Below, one piece after another: positions 49,294 to 62,469 of a DNA stretch of 64,000 nt. Origin of the DNA: Eledone cirrhosa (Eukaryota); assembly GCA_964016885.1 (NCBI GenBank), contig OZ024760.1:2356001-2420000 (forward strand), written 5' to 3'. Under the pieces are notes generated by a model. That model did not search any database. It was not told the DNA's origin and worked only from the letters and a program-made list of their open reading frames with translations. The position numbers and the translations under genes are program-made. Numbering within the stretch: the first letter of the stretch is position 1; each line of letters starts with the position of its first letter.

Positions 49294-50037
49294 ATCAACA
49301 CTAATGTGTTTTTTTTGCAAAATGACAATAATTTTTTAGCCAGATAGAAATACCTTAATTCAAGTACATATAGTCCGCCTGTATCGATCTAGAAAATATT
49401 AAATATTAAATCTATACTTACAGACGTAAAATGGCAACTGCCTGGTGCCTAGACAAGTTTAAATTTCAAAATTCAAACCTTTTCAGCAGATCGCTGTTAT
49501 TTCTAGCGCCATGGATATGAGCCAGAATGCTGAGAAGGTCGTGTGCAAAAGCACATGTATTAGACTTGCGACAGATCAGTCTTAAGATTCTTATCTTAGG
49601 AGAAGTAACTATAATTTATCTGGGTGCCTATTGAAAATCACAGAAAATTGATTACTTCACTAATAATTATTTTATAAATAGTTGTTCCGTAATTAATTAA
49701 TTATTTCATTAGTATACCATCCCTTGTGAAACAGGTTTATGTTTTGAAGTTCCGACCGATCTGTTGAAAAGGTTTGAATTTTGAAATTTAAACTTGTCTA
49801 GGCACCAGGCAGTTGCCATTTTACGTCTGTAAGTATAGATTTAATATTTAATATTTTCTAGATCGATACAGGCGGACTATATGTACTTGAATTAAGGTAT
49901 TTCTATCTGGCTAAAAATTATTGTCATTTTGCAAAAAAAAACACATTAGTGTTGATCATATTTTTTTTAATTGTACTGTAATGCTCAGAAGTATTTTCTT
50001 AGAGCTTAATAATTGTATTTGACTACTAAATTGAAAT
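49294..50037 (+). mobile_element. Large fold-back element in (TA)n (~200-bp arms, ~263-bp spacer, ~80-bp tail)
   Basis: 49294-49493 is an almost exact reverse complement of 49757-49956. Confidence 0.75.
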
Positions 50038-50320
50038 ATATATATATATATATATTGGCCTTGCAATTGAAAGGTTGTGAGTTCAATTCTCAGACCGGGT
50101 GATGTGTTGTTTCCTTGAGCAAGACACTTTGTTTCACATTGCTCCAGTTTACTCAGCTGTAGAAATGAGATGATAGGGACTGGGGTCCCTATCATTCCAC
50201 TGCAAAGTGGTCGTGTAGGTGCCACGGCAAAAACCACCCAGCACTCACAGTAAGAACCAGTTCCCGTCCCACCCTTGCAAGCAGGGAAAAGTGGACGTAA
50301 AATGATGATAATGATGATGA

Positions 50321-50354
<34 letters not shown>

Positions 50355-50874
50355 GAGTGGAGAATAACTTGGATCAGCTATAGAGTAGGGTTTATTCCAA
50401 GTATTAACAAATGTTTCATTGATCCGATGTGTCTAAAAACCGCTATCTGCAGTGTTGTTGTGACAATCAATTTTAAGTACAGTTTACCTGAACCAAATTT
50501 TCAATATATATATATCATCATCATCGTCAATTAACTTCTATCTTTCACGCTAGCATGGGTTAGACAGGTTTGTCCCATTTAGAGGCAAATTGGGTCGGAT
50601 GACTGTGTCTTGCACATATAGGAGAGTTTCTGGCTGGTTTTCTACATCTGATGCCCTCCCTAACACCAACCACATTGACAGTGTGTGCTGGGTGCTTTTT
50701 GCTGTGTCTTTTACACGTCCACTTTACAGTGTGGGCTGGGTGCTTTGTGGGTTGTTTTCTATGGTTGGATGCCCTTCCTAATGCCAACCACATTTACAGT
50801 GCATGCTGGGTGCTTTTTGTCATGGCACCTACATGATTGTCGTGACCCCTACATATATATATATATATATATCG

Positions 50875-51067
50875 CAAGGGTTGGCTGAAAAGTTCATAGG
50901 CTAACTATGTAGGAGTAATGCTAGAGCTGTGAAATCTTGCAAGCATTAATTTCAACTCTTCTTACTAATAACTGCATAGTTCCAGGGACTATGTTGGAAA
51001 ATAAACCTCATTTGGTCCTTCCATGAGAGTATCTTGGTGAGCCAATGAACTTTTCAGCTGACCCTTG
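50875..51067. mobile_element. Tc1/mariner-type MITE
   Basis: TIRs CAAGGGTTGGCTGAAAAGTTCAT and ATGAACTTTTCAGCTGACCCTTG; TA on the right flank only. Confidence 0.65.
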
Positions 51068-51711
51068 TAAAAAAGAAAAGAAAAATCATGATGATGTGTA
51101 TACGGTAGCGTGTTTGTTTGTCTTTCTGGGGACATGAAAACCTCTCTAGTGATGGTGCCACAAAAATATGCACCTGGTCCACACTGAATATTGGTTGATG
51201 ATAGGAAAAACATCTCCAACCAAAATTACGAAACTGTTATTGTCCAACCTATGCTGGCCTGGAGATAGACATAAAATGATGATGATGATGAGATAGATGA
51301 TGATCTAATATAGGTGAGGTGAGGGAGCGTTGATTTTATCAAATCTAATTGTCACCATATAGAGAAATAATTGGCTTGGAGTCAAATTTTGGCGTAACAA
51401 ATTAATTTTACACATTCACAAGAGTGTTTTTGCCACAAAGAGAAGTCTTCTGTGACCACATACTATCATGATGGCAAAACTTCAAAGCAAACACCGAGAA
51501 GACAAACAACATCAGGAGCCTGGCAATGTTTCAGACTAACCATCCGACTAATCAACCAGCCAGCCAACTCCCCCACACACTCCAACACATACACACCCAT
51601 TCATTCATATAGTGTCAAACTGAAAAGTTAATCTAAAATCTATGAATGGAATATAACAAGCTGTTAATATTGTAATTATTATATTAAGTTGCAATATATC
51701 ACCAAGACAGC

Positions 51712-53550
51712 AGTGAAGTGATAGAGTTGTTAGAGTGTGGTGTAGAATTGTTTCTAATTTAGGCACAAGACCAGAAGTAATTTGTAGGGAAAGGAAAGTC
51801 AAGTAGTGAAGTGGTACAGGTGTTAGAGTGTGGTGTAGAATTGTTTCTAATTTAGGCACAAGACCAGAAGTAATTTGTAGGGAAAGGAAAGTCAAGTAGT
51901 GAAGTGGTACAGGTGTTAGAGTGTGGTGTAGAATTGTTTCTAATTTAGGCACAAGACCAGAAGTAATTTGTAGGGAAAGGAAAGTCAAGTAGTGAAGTGG
52001 TACAGTTCTTAGAGTGTGGTGTAGAATTGTTTCTAATTTAGGCACAAGACCAGAAGTAATTTGTAGGGAAAGGAAAGTCAAGTAGTGAAGTGGTACAGGT
52101 GTTAGAGTGTGGTGTAGAATTGTTTCTAATTTAGGCACAAGACCAGAAGTAATTTGTAGGGAAAGGAAAGTAAAGTAGTGAAGTGGTACAGTTGTTAGAG
52201 TGTGGTGTAGAATTGTTTCTAATTTAGGCACAAGACCAGAAGTAATTTGTAGGGAAAGGAAAGTCAAGTAGTGAAGTGGTACAGGTGTTAGAGTGTGGTG
52301 TAGAATTGTTTCTAATTTAGGCACAAGACCAGAAGTAATTTGTAGGGAAAGGAAAGTCAAGTAGTGAAGTGGTACAGGTGTTAGAGTGTGGTGTAGAATT
52401 GTTTCTAATTTAGGCACAAGACCAGAAGTAATTTGTAGGGAAAGGAAAGTCAAGTAGTGAAGTGGTACAGGTGTTAGAGTGTGGTGTAGAATTGTTTCTA
52501 ATTTAGGCACAAGACCAGAAGTAATTTGTAGGGAAAGGAAAGTCAAGTAGTGAAGTGGTACAGGTGTTAGAGTGTTGTGTAGAATTGTTTCTAATTTAGG
52601 CACAAGACCAGAAGTAATTTGTAGGGAAAGGAAAGTCAAGTAGTGAAGTGGTACAGGTGTTAGAGTGTGGTGTAGAATTGTTTCTAATTTAGGCACAAGA
52701 CCAGAAGTAATTTGTAGGGAAAGGAAAGTCAAGTAGTGAAGTGATACAGTTGTTAGAGTGTGGTGTAGAATTGTTTCTAATTTAGGCACAAGACCAGAAG
52801 TAATTTGTAGGGAAAGGAAAGTCAAGTAGTGAAGTGGTACAGGTGTTAGAGTGTGGTGTAGAATTGTTTCTAATTTAGGCACAAGACCAGAAGTAATTTC
52901 TAGGGAAAGGAAAATCAAGTAGTGAAGTGGTACAGGTGTTAGAGTGTGGTGTAGAATTGTTTCTAATTTAGGCACAAGACCAAAAGTAATTTCTAGGGAA
53001 AGGAAAGTCAAGTAGTGAAGTGGTACAGGTGTTAGAGTGTGGTGTAGAATTGTTTCTAATTTAGGCACAAGACCAAAAGTAATTTCTAGGGAAAGGAAAG
53101 TCAAGTAGTGAAGTGGTACAGGTGTTAGAGTGTGGTGTAGAATTGTTTCTAATTTAGGCACAAGACCAGAAGTAATTTCTAGGGAAAGGAAAGTCAAGTA
53201 GTGAAGTGGTACAGGTGTTAGAGTGTGGTGTAGAATTGTTTCTAATTTAGGCACAAGACCAAAAGTAATTTCTAGGGAAAGGAAAGTCAAGTAGTGAAGT
53301 GGTACAGGTGTTAGAGTGTGGTGTAGAATTGTTTCTAATTTAGGCACAAGACCAGAAGTAATTTCTAGGGAAAGGAAAGTCAAGTAGTGAAGTGGTACAG
53401 GTGTTAGAGTGTGGTGTAGAATTGTTTCTAATTTAGGCACAAGACCAAAAGTAATTTCTAGGGAAAGGAAAGTCAAGTAGTGAAGTGGTAGAGTTGTTAG
53501 AGTGTGGTGTAGAATTATTTCTAATTTAAGCACAAGACCAGAAGCAATTT
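51712..53550. repeat. 93-bp satellite, about 20 copies, containing an inverted family A SINE 3' end
   Basis: 31-aa period in the minus-strand ORF; TTGTTTCTAATTTAGGCACAAGACCAG resembles the reverse complement of the SINE tail. Confidence 0.9.
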
Positions 53551-54452
53551 GTGGGGTAAGTTTTATAACACTTTAGACTTGTTATATTTTCTATGGTGCG
53601 GGGGGGGGGGGGGTACTAATGATTTTATCTCAGGTGTAACTTCCGACTACAAAACATGAGATTTTCAAGTGAGACTCCAACCGAACCTTTAACAAGACAC
53701 ATTGCTTATTTATAATAGTCCACCAAGTCCATTTGTTTAATCCCAAAAGGGTGTTCACCACAACAGAAAGGAAAGTCAATTATATCGACCCTAGAGGCCT
53801 AGTGGTAAAGGTGTTGGATTTACGATCAGCACAAGCTGAAGCTGAAGCATATATACAGTATACACCACACCACCCTCCCATACATCTCCCATGAGGACAG
53901 GCTGAAGTATACACAAAGTGAAGCCCCCCAACTCACACTGTAAAGTGGTTGTGATGGTGACACGGTAAAAAGCACCCTGCCCACACTGTAAAGTGGTTGT
54001 GATGGTGACACGGTAAAAAGCACCCTGCCCACACTGCAAAGTGGTTGTGGTGGTGACACGGTAAAAAGCACCCTGCCCACACTGTAAAGTGGTCACATAG
54101 GTGTCACAACAAAAAGCACCCAGTACTCACTGTAAATGAGGTCGGTGTTAGGAAGGACATCCAGCTGCAGAAACCAAGCCAAAATCAGTTCTGTGTGTAT
54201 ATATGTGTGTAAGAACAAGAAGTATATGTATGTGTGTATGTATGTGTATGTATGTACGTGTGTGTGTGAGAACAAGAAGTGTATGTATGTATGTGTGTAT
54301 GTATGTGTGTATATATATATATGTATGTATGTACGTGTGTGTGTGAGAACAAGAAGTGTATGTATGTGTGTATGTACGTCTGTATATATATATGTATGTA
54401 TGTACGTGTGTGTATGAGAACAAGAAGTGTATGTATGTATGTGTGTATGTAC

Positions 54453-54498
<46 letters not shown>

Positions 54499-54837
54499 AT
54501 GAGAACAAGCAGTGTACTAGTGAAAGAGAGATTTATAAAATACATCATCAATATTAAAACCCTGGTTTGATGAAGTGGACACCAGAAACCTCCATCACAT
54601 CAATGTCAGATTTAATGACAGAAGGAAAAACAAACAAAATTGCTGTCATCATCATTACCGTCATCACTACCATCATCATCATCATCATTAGCCTCACTAT
54701 CATCACCATCACCATCATTGCCACCATCATCATCATTAGCCTCACTATCATCATCACCATTTGTACATTATGCTATGTACTATACATGCACCTTTGATGA
54801 GTTGTAGTGCACCTGAGCACTGTACACAATAATTTAT

Positions 54838-55229
54838 ATAACCGTTTAGCATTTAAACCAGCCATATCAGGTCAGAATTCTGTCACCTCTCTCTGTTCAA
54901 ACCAGTTGTAACCAGCCACTCATAGCGACATTAAGATATTGTTTTCAAAATACATAATATCAAAATCTCATAGATTTGATATTATGTGAGATAATTATGT
55001 GAGGTAAAGCCTTTACTATGAAAATACAATAGTAAATATAGAGTAATGTAAATGCTAAAGGGTTAAACCATCTGTAACTGGCCACTCATACTGATGTTAA
55101 GGTATTGTTCTCAAAATAAATAATATCAAAATCTCATAGATTTGATATGTGAGATAATTATGTGAGGTAAAGCCTTTACTATGAAAATACAATAGTTTAT
55201 ATAGAGTAATGTAAATGCTAAAGGGTTAA
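54838..55229 (+). mobile_element. piggyBac-like MITE with a duplicated right half
   Basis: TAACCGTTTAGCATTTAAACC start; TAAATGCTAAAGGGTTAA occurs twice. Confidence 0.65.
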
Positions 55230-55724
55230 TGCAAAGGCACTAAAAATGTCCTAATCAGAGGGAACAGATATATTATATCATTATTGGTACAGCAAGGAAA
55301 TATCTTATATAAAGAAAACATGGAGAGTAAATAACTCACTAGAATAACAGAATACCATTTAATATTTCTAATAACCTGTCCATACTCAAATATAAGCTGA
55401 CCCCTCCCAACTTATTAGAACAATATATTATTACTAACTTAATATTAGTAATAACTTGTCCATACTTAAATATAAGCCGACCCCTCCCAACTTACTAGAA
55501 CAATATATTATTACTAACTTGGTATTACTAATAACCTGTCCATACTTAAATATAAGCTGACCCCTCATATATTTTATGTCTGAAAATGAGCAAAAATCCT
55601 AACCCTGATTATAAACAGAGGCCGCTAAACAACATGTTATGTTTTGATGGCGAGGTTTTGAAGCTTTTGAGTCTGTAGAAGTATTTTACAACTAAGTATC
55701 AAAACTTCTCTCTGAATTAGTAAC

Positions 55725-56400
55725 CTTCTTCTTCTTTTCTTTGCCCATTTATTCCTGGGAGCATCATGGGGGAAGAGTCCTCAAACACTCCTTCCAGTGG
55801 GTCCTGTCAGAAGCAACTGTCACCAACTGATCTGGCTGGATCCCCAAGTGTACCAGCCAAGCTCTTGGATGTTATCCAGCCATCTAGTTCGGGGTCTACC
55901 CCCCCCCCCCCCCCCCCCCCCCGGGTCTCCTACCTATTGGTTTTGCCTGTAAAATCTGTCTACCGATTCTTTCCTGAGACATTCTAACCACTTGCCCATA
56001 GTAGCGGAGCTGTGGTCTCTCAATTCAGAGAAGTAGCAGCTCTACCTGGAGTAACTCTCTGATCTCTGAACTACAAATCTGTTCAGAAATTCTTTCCTAA
56101 GACATTCTAACCACATGTCCATAGTAGCGGAGCTGTGGTCTCTCAATTCGGAGAAGTAGCAGATCTACTTGGAGTAACTCTCTGATCTCTGAACTACAAA
56201 TCTGTTCAGCAATTCTTTCCCAAGACATTCTAACCACATGTCCATAGTATTGGAGCTGTGATCTCTCAATTCAGAGAAGTAGCGGCTCTACCTGGAGTAA
56301 CTCACTAATCTTCGAGTTACAAATCTATCCAGTGATTCTTTCCTGTGATATTCTAGCCTCATCCCCATAGTATCGGAACTGTGATCTTTCAATTCTCCGA
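55725..56400 (-). mobile_element. RTE-like LINE 3' end with ~123-bp tandem duplications
   Basis: Manual translation IERPQLRYYGQVVRMSQERI..GRPRTRWLDNI, with a (GAA)n tail. Confidence 0.65.
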
Positions 56401-58554
56401 ATTAGTAACCTTTTATACAATTTTACTTTTTTACCTATTTCAGCTTATGGTGGGTAGTGGGCATGCTGGGGCACTGCCATTTATGAATGGGGAAAATTTC
56501 TATTCAGCTGATATCAAGATAATGTGTCTATTCTCACAGCAAAGGCAAAAAATTCTGAGAAAGTTTTTTTCCTTTCACATCAGTCAGTAAGTTTTTATGG
56601 TTGTTTGACATTTTACAAGTAAGAGTTAGGTTGGAGAAGGACCAAAATCTTTCTGAATTAGAATGTTTTTAATTTTTTTTTTTTTTTTAAATTTGTGAAT
56701 GGTAGGAAATTTATTAATCTGTATTCAAGATAAATATATTTTCTCTCACAGCAGAAGGAAGAAAAATGTCAGCATTTTCCCCTCTCATGTCAGTAAGTTC
56801 CATGTCTGTTGAAAGTTTTACAAGTATAGAGTGGGGGAGAGAACAGTGAGGGACTAAAACCTTTCTGAATTAATAAGTTTTTGTTCAATTCATGAATGTG
56901 GTGATGAGGTGGAGTGGTCGGAGAAGAAATCTATTTAACTGGTTTCCAGATAAATCTCTTTCTTCTCACAGCAGAGGAAGGAAATATTAGCATCTTGTTT
57001 TTTCTTCTCGATTCCGTGAAGTTCTTCATTTATTGGAGGTTATGTAAGTATGTGTGGTAAGGTCAATGAGAAACCAAAAATTCTCTCTGAATTAACATCT
57101 TTTTGTGAAATTTTATCCATTTACTCTTTTACCTGTTCTAGTTTATGGCCTGCGGCAATGCTGGGGCATCAGCATTTATGTATGGAGCAACATTTGATTT
57201 AACTAGTGTTATGCTAGTATGTTTTTTTTATATTCGAGTATGTACGGTATATCTATTCTCAAAGCAGAGAAAGAAAAACGTTAGCATTTTCCCTCTCATG
57301 TCAGTAAGTTCCATGTCTGTTGAAAGTTTTACAAGTCTGAATTAATAATTGTTTGTGTAATTCATGAATGAGGTGGTGGAAGGGTGGATGGAAATTTATT
57401 TAACTGTCTGTTCTGTAAGGTGATCGTGATGATGACATCAGAAAAAGCACCTAGTCCACATGTTGGTGACACAATAAAAAGCACCCAATCCACACTGAAA
57501 GGTGGTCATGTTGGTGACATGACAAAATGCACCCTGTCCACACTGTAAAGTTGTCATTTTTCGATGCCACAATAAAAAGGACCTCGTCCACACTGTAATG
57601 TGGTTGGTGTTAGGAAGAGCATCCAGCTATAGTAGCCAAGCCAAGATATAGATCCATATGAACAAGACGTGGTCTCTGGACCTGACTTATCTCATAACAT
57701 GATAACCTGTCTAACCCATGCTAGCGTGGAAAATGGAGATGATGATGATAGTTTCTAGATAAATCTCTTTACTCTCACAGTAGAGGAAGGAAATGCCAGT
57801 GCCTTTTTTTCTTTTCGAATCAGTGACGGCTGAATTCCTTGAGTGTTGGTAGTTTTAAAAGTAAGAAGAGGGTTAGGGTTAGGAGAAGGGAGGGCAATGA
57901 TAAATGAAAAAAAATCACTCTGAATTAACATCTTTTTGTGAAATTCGTGAATGAGAGGAAAAATTTTATTGAGATCCGCAGCTAAATGTAACATTAATTT
58001 ACTGGCTAAGAGTAAAAATAAAAATAGCACAGCCACGCGCCTGACCAGACAAATTTGTTAAAAGTAACATAATGCTGTTGTTAAGTAGAGTTGAATAACT
58101 TCATTTAAGAGTAGAGTACATATATGTTGTGATTTGTAACCTTAGAAGAGCAAAAAAAAAAAGAAGAAAAATTAAGAAAAACATTTTTTTTTAAATGAAA
58201 ATAAATAAATAAAAAAAATAAAAATAAAAAATAAAATAAAATCACTTCTCACTGGAATCGGTTTCATTTATAAGTCATAATAGACTCTATTAGAATGCAA
58301 TAAAGCTGTCAGGAATCGTAATACCATTTACTAGAACATATGTTTTAGAGTATTTTTGTTTTTTCTTCTTCCGTCTTACATATTCTTCTTCACCATTAAA
58401 TGTCTGTCTGTCGAGGTTTACCAAGCAACGACTCTATCGTGGTTGTTAGTCAGAGTATGTGTGGTCAAAGTAAGTATCATATATACATCTGACGGGGAAG
58501 AGGCACGTCTGTAACTTAGGGACATCATCTACATCATATATATATAAATATATA

Positions 58555-59310
58555 TCATCATCATCATCATCATCATCATTTTACGTCCGCTTTTTCCCTG
58601 CTTGCAAGGGTGGGACGGGAACTGATTCTGGCTTGATTTCTACAGCTGGATGCCCTTCCTAACACCAACCTCATTTACAGTGAGTGCTGGGTGCTTTTTT
58701 TCCATGGCACCTCCACGATCACTTTGCAGTGGAATGATAGGGACCCCAGTCCCTATCATCTCATTTCTACAGCTGAGTAAATTGGAGCAATGTGAAATAA
58801 AGTGTCTTGCTCAAGGCAACAACACATCACCCTGTCTGAGAATTGAACTCACAACCTTTCGATTGGAAGGCCAATGCTCTAACCACTAAGCCATGTGCCT
58901 CCATAAATATATATATGTGTGTGTGTGTGAAAGCACGTGGCTGAGTGGTTAGAGAATTGGATTCAATACATAGGTCAATTCCCGGACTGGGCAATGTGTT
59001 ATGTCCTTGAGCAAGACACTATATTTCATGTTGCTCCTTCTACCTAGATTTGCAACCGATAAATAGTATTAGCAATTGGAAAGACCAATGGAAACATTGC
59101 TTCTTTGGTCCGATTTGATGAGCTCCTTCCCACTTGTTAAGTGAATGAGGTCAGGGAACTTGTTCATTGACTTGTTGACCATTAAATCTATATGTCGCGG
59201 TTTACCAAGCAGCGACTCTATCGAGGTTGTTAGTCAGAGTATGTGTGGTCAAAGTAAGTATTATATATATTTCCGATGGGAGGGAAGGAATGTCTGTAAC
59301 TTAGGGACAT
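58555..59310. mobile_element. Head-to-head family B SINEs
   Basis: Minus copy at 58555-58905 with a family C-type (GAT)n tail; plus copy starting at 58932 with TGGCTGAGTGG. Confidence 0.7.
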
Positions 59311-59344
59311 CATCACCACCACTATCATCATCATCATTATTGTC

Positions 59345-60055
59345 GTCATGCCCCTTAAAACAACAAGCATAAGTAGTGAAAGAGTCACTCGCTGGGAAGG
59401 AAAACTTAACAACCTCCCATCTGTAACAACAATGGAGCTAAAGGCAAGCAAGGCACTGCCCCTCTGGAGCAGATACAAACTATGCAGTGTGGAAATGCCT
59501 AAACAGACTAAGATCTGGTGTTGGTCATGCAAAGTTACTCTTGCAAAATGGGGATATTTAAAGGATGAGGACGTTGTGTGTGACTGCGGCATTGAACCAC
59601 AGACAATGCAGCACCTCCTGATATGACCCCTGCTGGAACTCCCCTGCACAACATTGGACTTGGTAGAGTTTAATGAGAAAGGACGACAGCAATATGTTCA
59701 GCTGTGGTGGAACCACATTTAGCCCAGCTCTGTAACTGACACTCTTGTGGACACAACAAGGAGAAGAGGTGTACATTGGATAATATAATCCTAGATATAC
59801 TATGTCTGATAGCCACTAATAACTAACTACTGTGCTGTACATGCAAAAATCACTCTTGCAAAATGGGGATATTTAAAGAATGGGGATGTTGTGTGTGACT
59901 GTGACATCAAACCACAGACTACACAGCACCTCCTGATATGACCCCTGCTGGAACATCCAATACCAGAGGCATCTGTTGAGGCATTTCCACACTGCATAGC
60001 TTGTATCTTCTCTAGGGGGCAGTGCCTTGTTGGCCTTTAGCACCATTCTTGTTAC
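59345..60055 (+). pseudogene. Non-LTR retrotransposon C-terminal zinc-finger fragment, partly duplicated and inverted
   Basis: VTLAKWGYLKDEDVVCDCGIEPQTMQHLLI; direct repeat at 59845-59952 and an inverted piece at ~59975-60055. Confidence 0.6.
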
Positions 60056-60217
60056 TATTTTGAACTAAAGAACTATGTATTGTTATTTAACCCCAGGACA
60101 ACCCTAATCAAGGAGATCAATGATCCAAGTTATTCCAAGGTTATCAATCAGGCTTTAAAAGGACGAGTCCTTTGTTGATCTAAGATATAGGACAACCATG
60201 TAGAAACTCCTTTGAAC

Positions 60218-60410
60218 CAGTGGATTGGCAGTATCGGTAGGGTAGAGTGTCGGACGCCATGCTTTCCAGCATAGTTACGTCCCTTTACGATCTGAGTTCA
60301 AATCCCGCCGAGGTTGACTTTGCCTTTCATCCTTACAGGGTCGATAAAATAAAGTACCAGTAATGCACTGGGTAATTGCTGGCCTTGTGCCTAAAGTAGA
60401 AACAATTATT
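60218..60410 (+). mobile_element. Family A SINE
   Basis: Full-length match to the other family A copies. Confidence 0.8.
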
Positions 60411-61034
60411 TCTTGTTGTATAACCCAAGGCCATACATGATCCAGCAGACCTATGGTCAAAAGTGTTAGTCGTGACCATCAAGTCATTTTATGGGTAAGT
60501 AGAATTATGTTATCTAATTTTTCCTTTCCTTTTTTTAACCTTTAGGAGGCTGAAGTTTTTTAAGAGTTGCTTCCCTTCACACTATATTATATATTAAGGG
60601 AAGATTATTCTATCGGTGACTTATGTTGCCGACAGTGCCAAGAGGGTTAAGATGGTATGGTGTGATTTCAGAGAAATTTGGTGTGAGGGTGTGGGCGTAT
60701 CTATGTGGAATAAGGAGTCGCTTTGCAACTACGATATATATATATGTGTGTGTGTGTATGTGTACATATATGTGGATATATATATATGTATATGTGTGCA
60801 CATTTATATATATGTTGATATATATGTATGTGTGTACATATATATATGAATGTGTGTACATATATATATGTGTATATATATGTATATGTGTGTACATATA
60901 TATCACTGTGGATATATATGTATATGTGTGTGTACATATATATATATATATATATATGTGGATATACATGTATGTGTACATATATATATGTGTATATGTG
61001 TGTAAATATATATATGTGGATATATATGTATATG

Positions 61035-61067
<33 letters not shown>

Positions 61068-61191
61068 GTGGATATACATGTATGTGTACATATATATATG
61101 TGTATATGTGTGTAAATATATATATGTGAATATATATGTATATGTGTGTACATATATATCATAACTGCTTAACTATCGGGCCTCGACTCTC

Positions 61192-61246
<55 letters not shown>

Positions 61247-61315
61247 GAGGTTATATTTAATTTGTTAGGATTCAACAAGCTTACACATTTTTATAACTGA
61301 TATAAAACAAATCTG

Positions 61316-61381
61316 TATTTTATCTGATGAAAGCGCACCATAATTTGCCTTGGTGGCCCTTAAAATATGTATAATAAAATA
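61316..61381 (+). ncRNA. Decayed type I hammerhead, sister of 13811
   Basis: TATTTTAT-CTGATGA-AAGCGCACCA..TGGTGGCCCTT-AAAA-TATGTA-TA-ATAAAATA; G12 is replaced by A. Confidence 0.6.
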
Positions 61382-61419
61382 AATATGGTTTTATAAATAT
61401 AGTTTCCATTTATTAATAT

Positions 61420-61480
<61 letters not shown>

Positions 61481-61638
61481 TCATCATCATCATCATCATT
61501 TTACGTCCGCTTTTCCCTGCTTGCAAGGGTGGGACGGGTCTGTTCTCACCACCTCCGCCCATGTTTTTCGTGGTCTACCTCTACTACGTCTTCCTTCAAC
61601 TGGCATTTCCTGGCACTTCTTCACCCATCCGTCATCCT

Positions 61639-61730
<92 letters not shown>

Positions 61731-62090
61731 AAGAGAAAGATTTATGTCTATAAATGAAATATTAGATAGAATTTCAAAGAAATAATGTGCTTGAGGTAGA
61801 ATATAAGATGTAGTTTTTAAGATGTTTGTTTAGCAAATACGAGAGAATCTTTTTCTCATTCAACACCAGAAGAGTTACACCAACACATAGACACAGGCAT
61901 GAGTCTGTGTGTCTGTGTATAAATATAGTTATATATATTGTTGCCTGAAGCTATAGGTTTTAATACAGATAGATAGTAAAAGAAAAAAGACAAACATACA
62001 TACACATATATATGTCATCATCACCGTTTTACATCCATTCTTCCACTATAGCATGGGTTAGACAGTATATATATATATATATATATATAT

Positions 62091-62169
62091 AACAATCTGG
62101 CAGGAAGGTATACGTTGCTGAGGATAGCTAATAAGCTTGAAACTAGTACAGCGTTCCTTTGTCAGTGTT
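62091..62169 (+). ncRNA. Type I hammerhead ribozyme with extended stem I
   Basis: ACGTTG-CTGAGGA-TAGCT aata AGCTT-GAAA-CTAG-TA-CAGCGT. The distal stem I pairs AACA..CTGGCAGG with CTTTGTCAG-TGTT. Predicted cleavage is after 62148. Confidence 0.75.
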
Positions 62170-62403
62170 GAACAAACGAGCAACGATGGTTGCTAGACAC
62201 TACGGCTTAATATGGGATGTTTGTTTACAAACACACCGAGCATTATAATAAATGTTCGGTGAATCCATACGTACATATATATGTGTGCATGTATGTATAT
62301 ATATATACATACTACTGTACGTCTGTATACATATATGTACATACTTAAATTTAAGTAACAGCCGTACTAAGAGTGGGAAATGAAATTTCGTTTCATTTTT
62401 TCC

Positions 62404-62440
<37 letters not shown>

Positions 62441-62469
62441 AATAAGGGCGCTGCGGAGTTGCAAATGGG

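Noticed and set aside
50351-50505. Possible hammerhead on the minus strand (GAAACATTTGTT) in a (TA)n-flanked island
   Set aside because: No recognisable CTGANGA or stem I; it may be a decayed member but cannot be supported.
51605-53533. 642-aa repeat protein or CRISPR-like array
   Set aside because: Near-identical 93-bp units with no unique spacers and no cas genes, in a eukaryotic context; the unit contains SINE sequence.
57868-57884. Telomeric TTAGGG repeat
   Set aside because: Only about two units; expected by chance.
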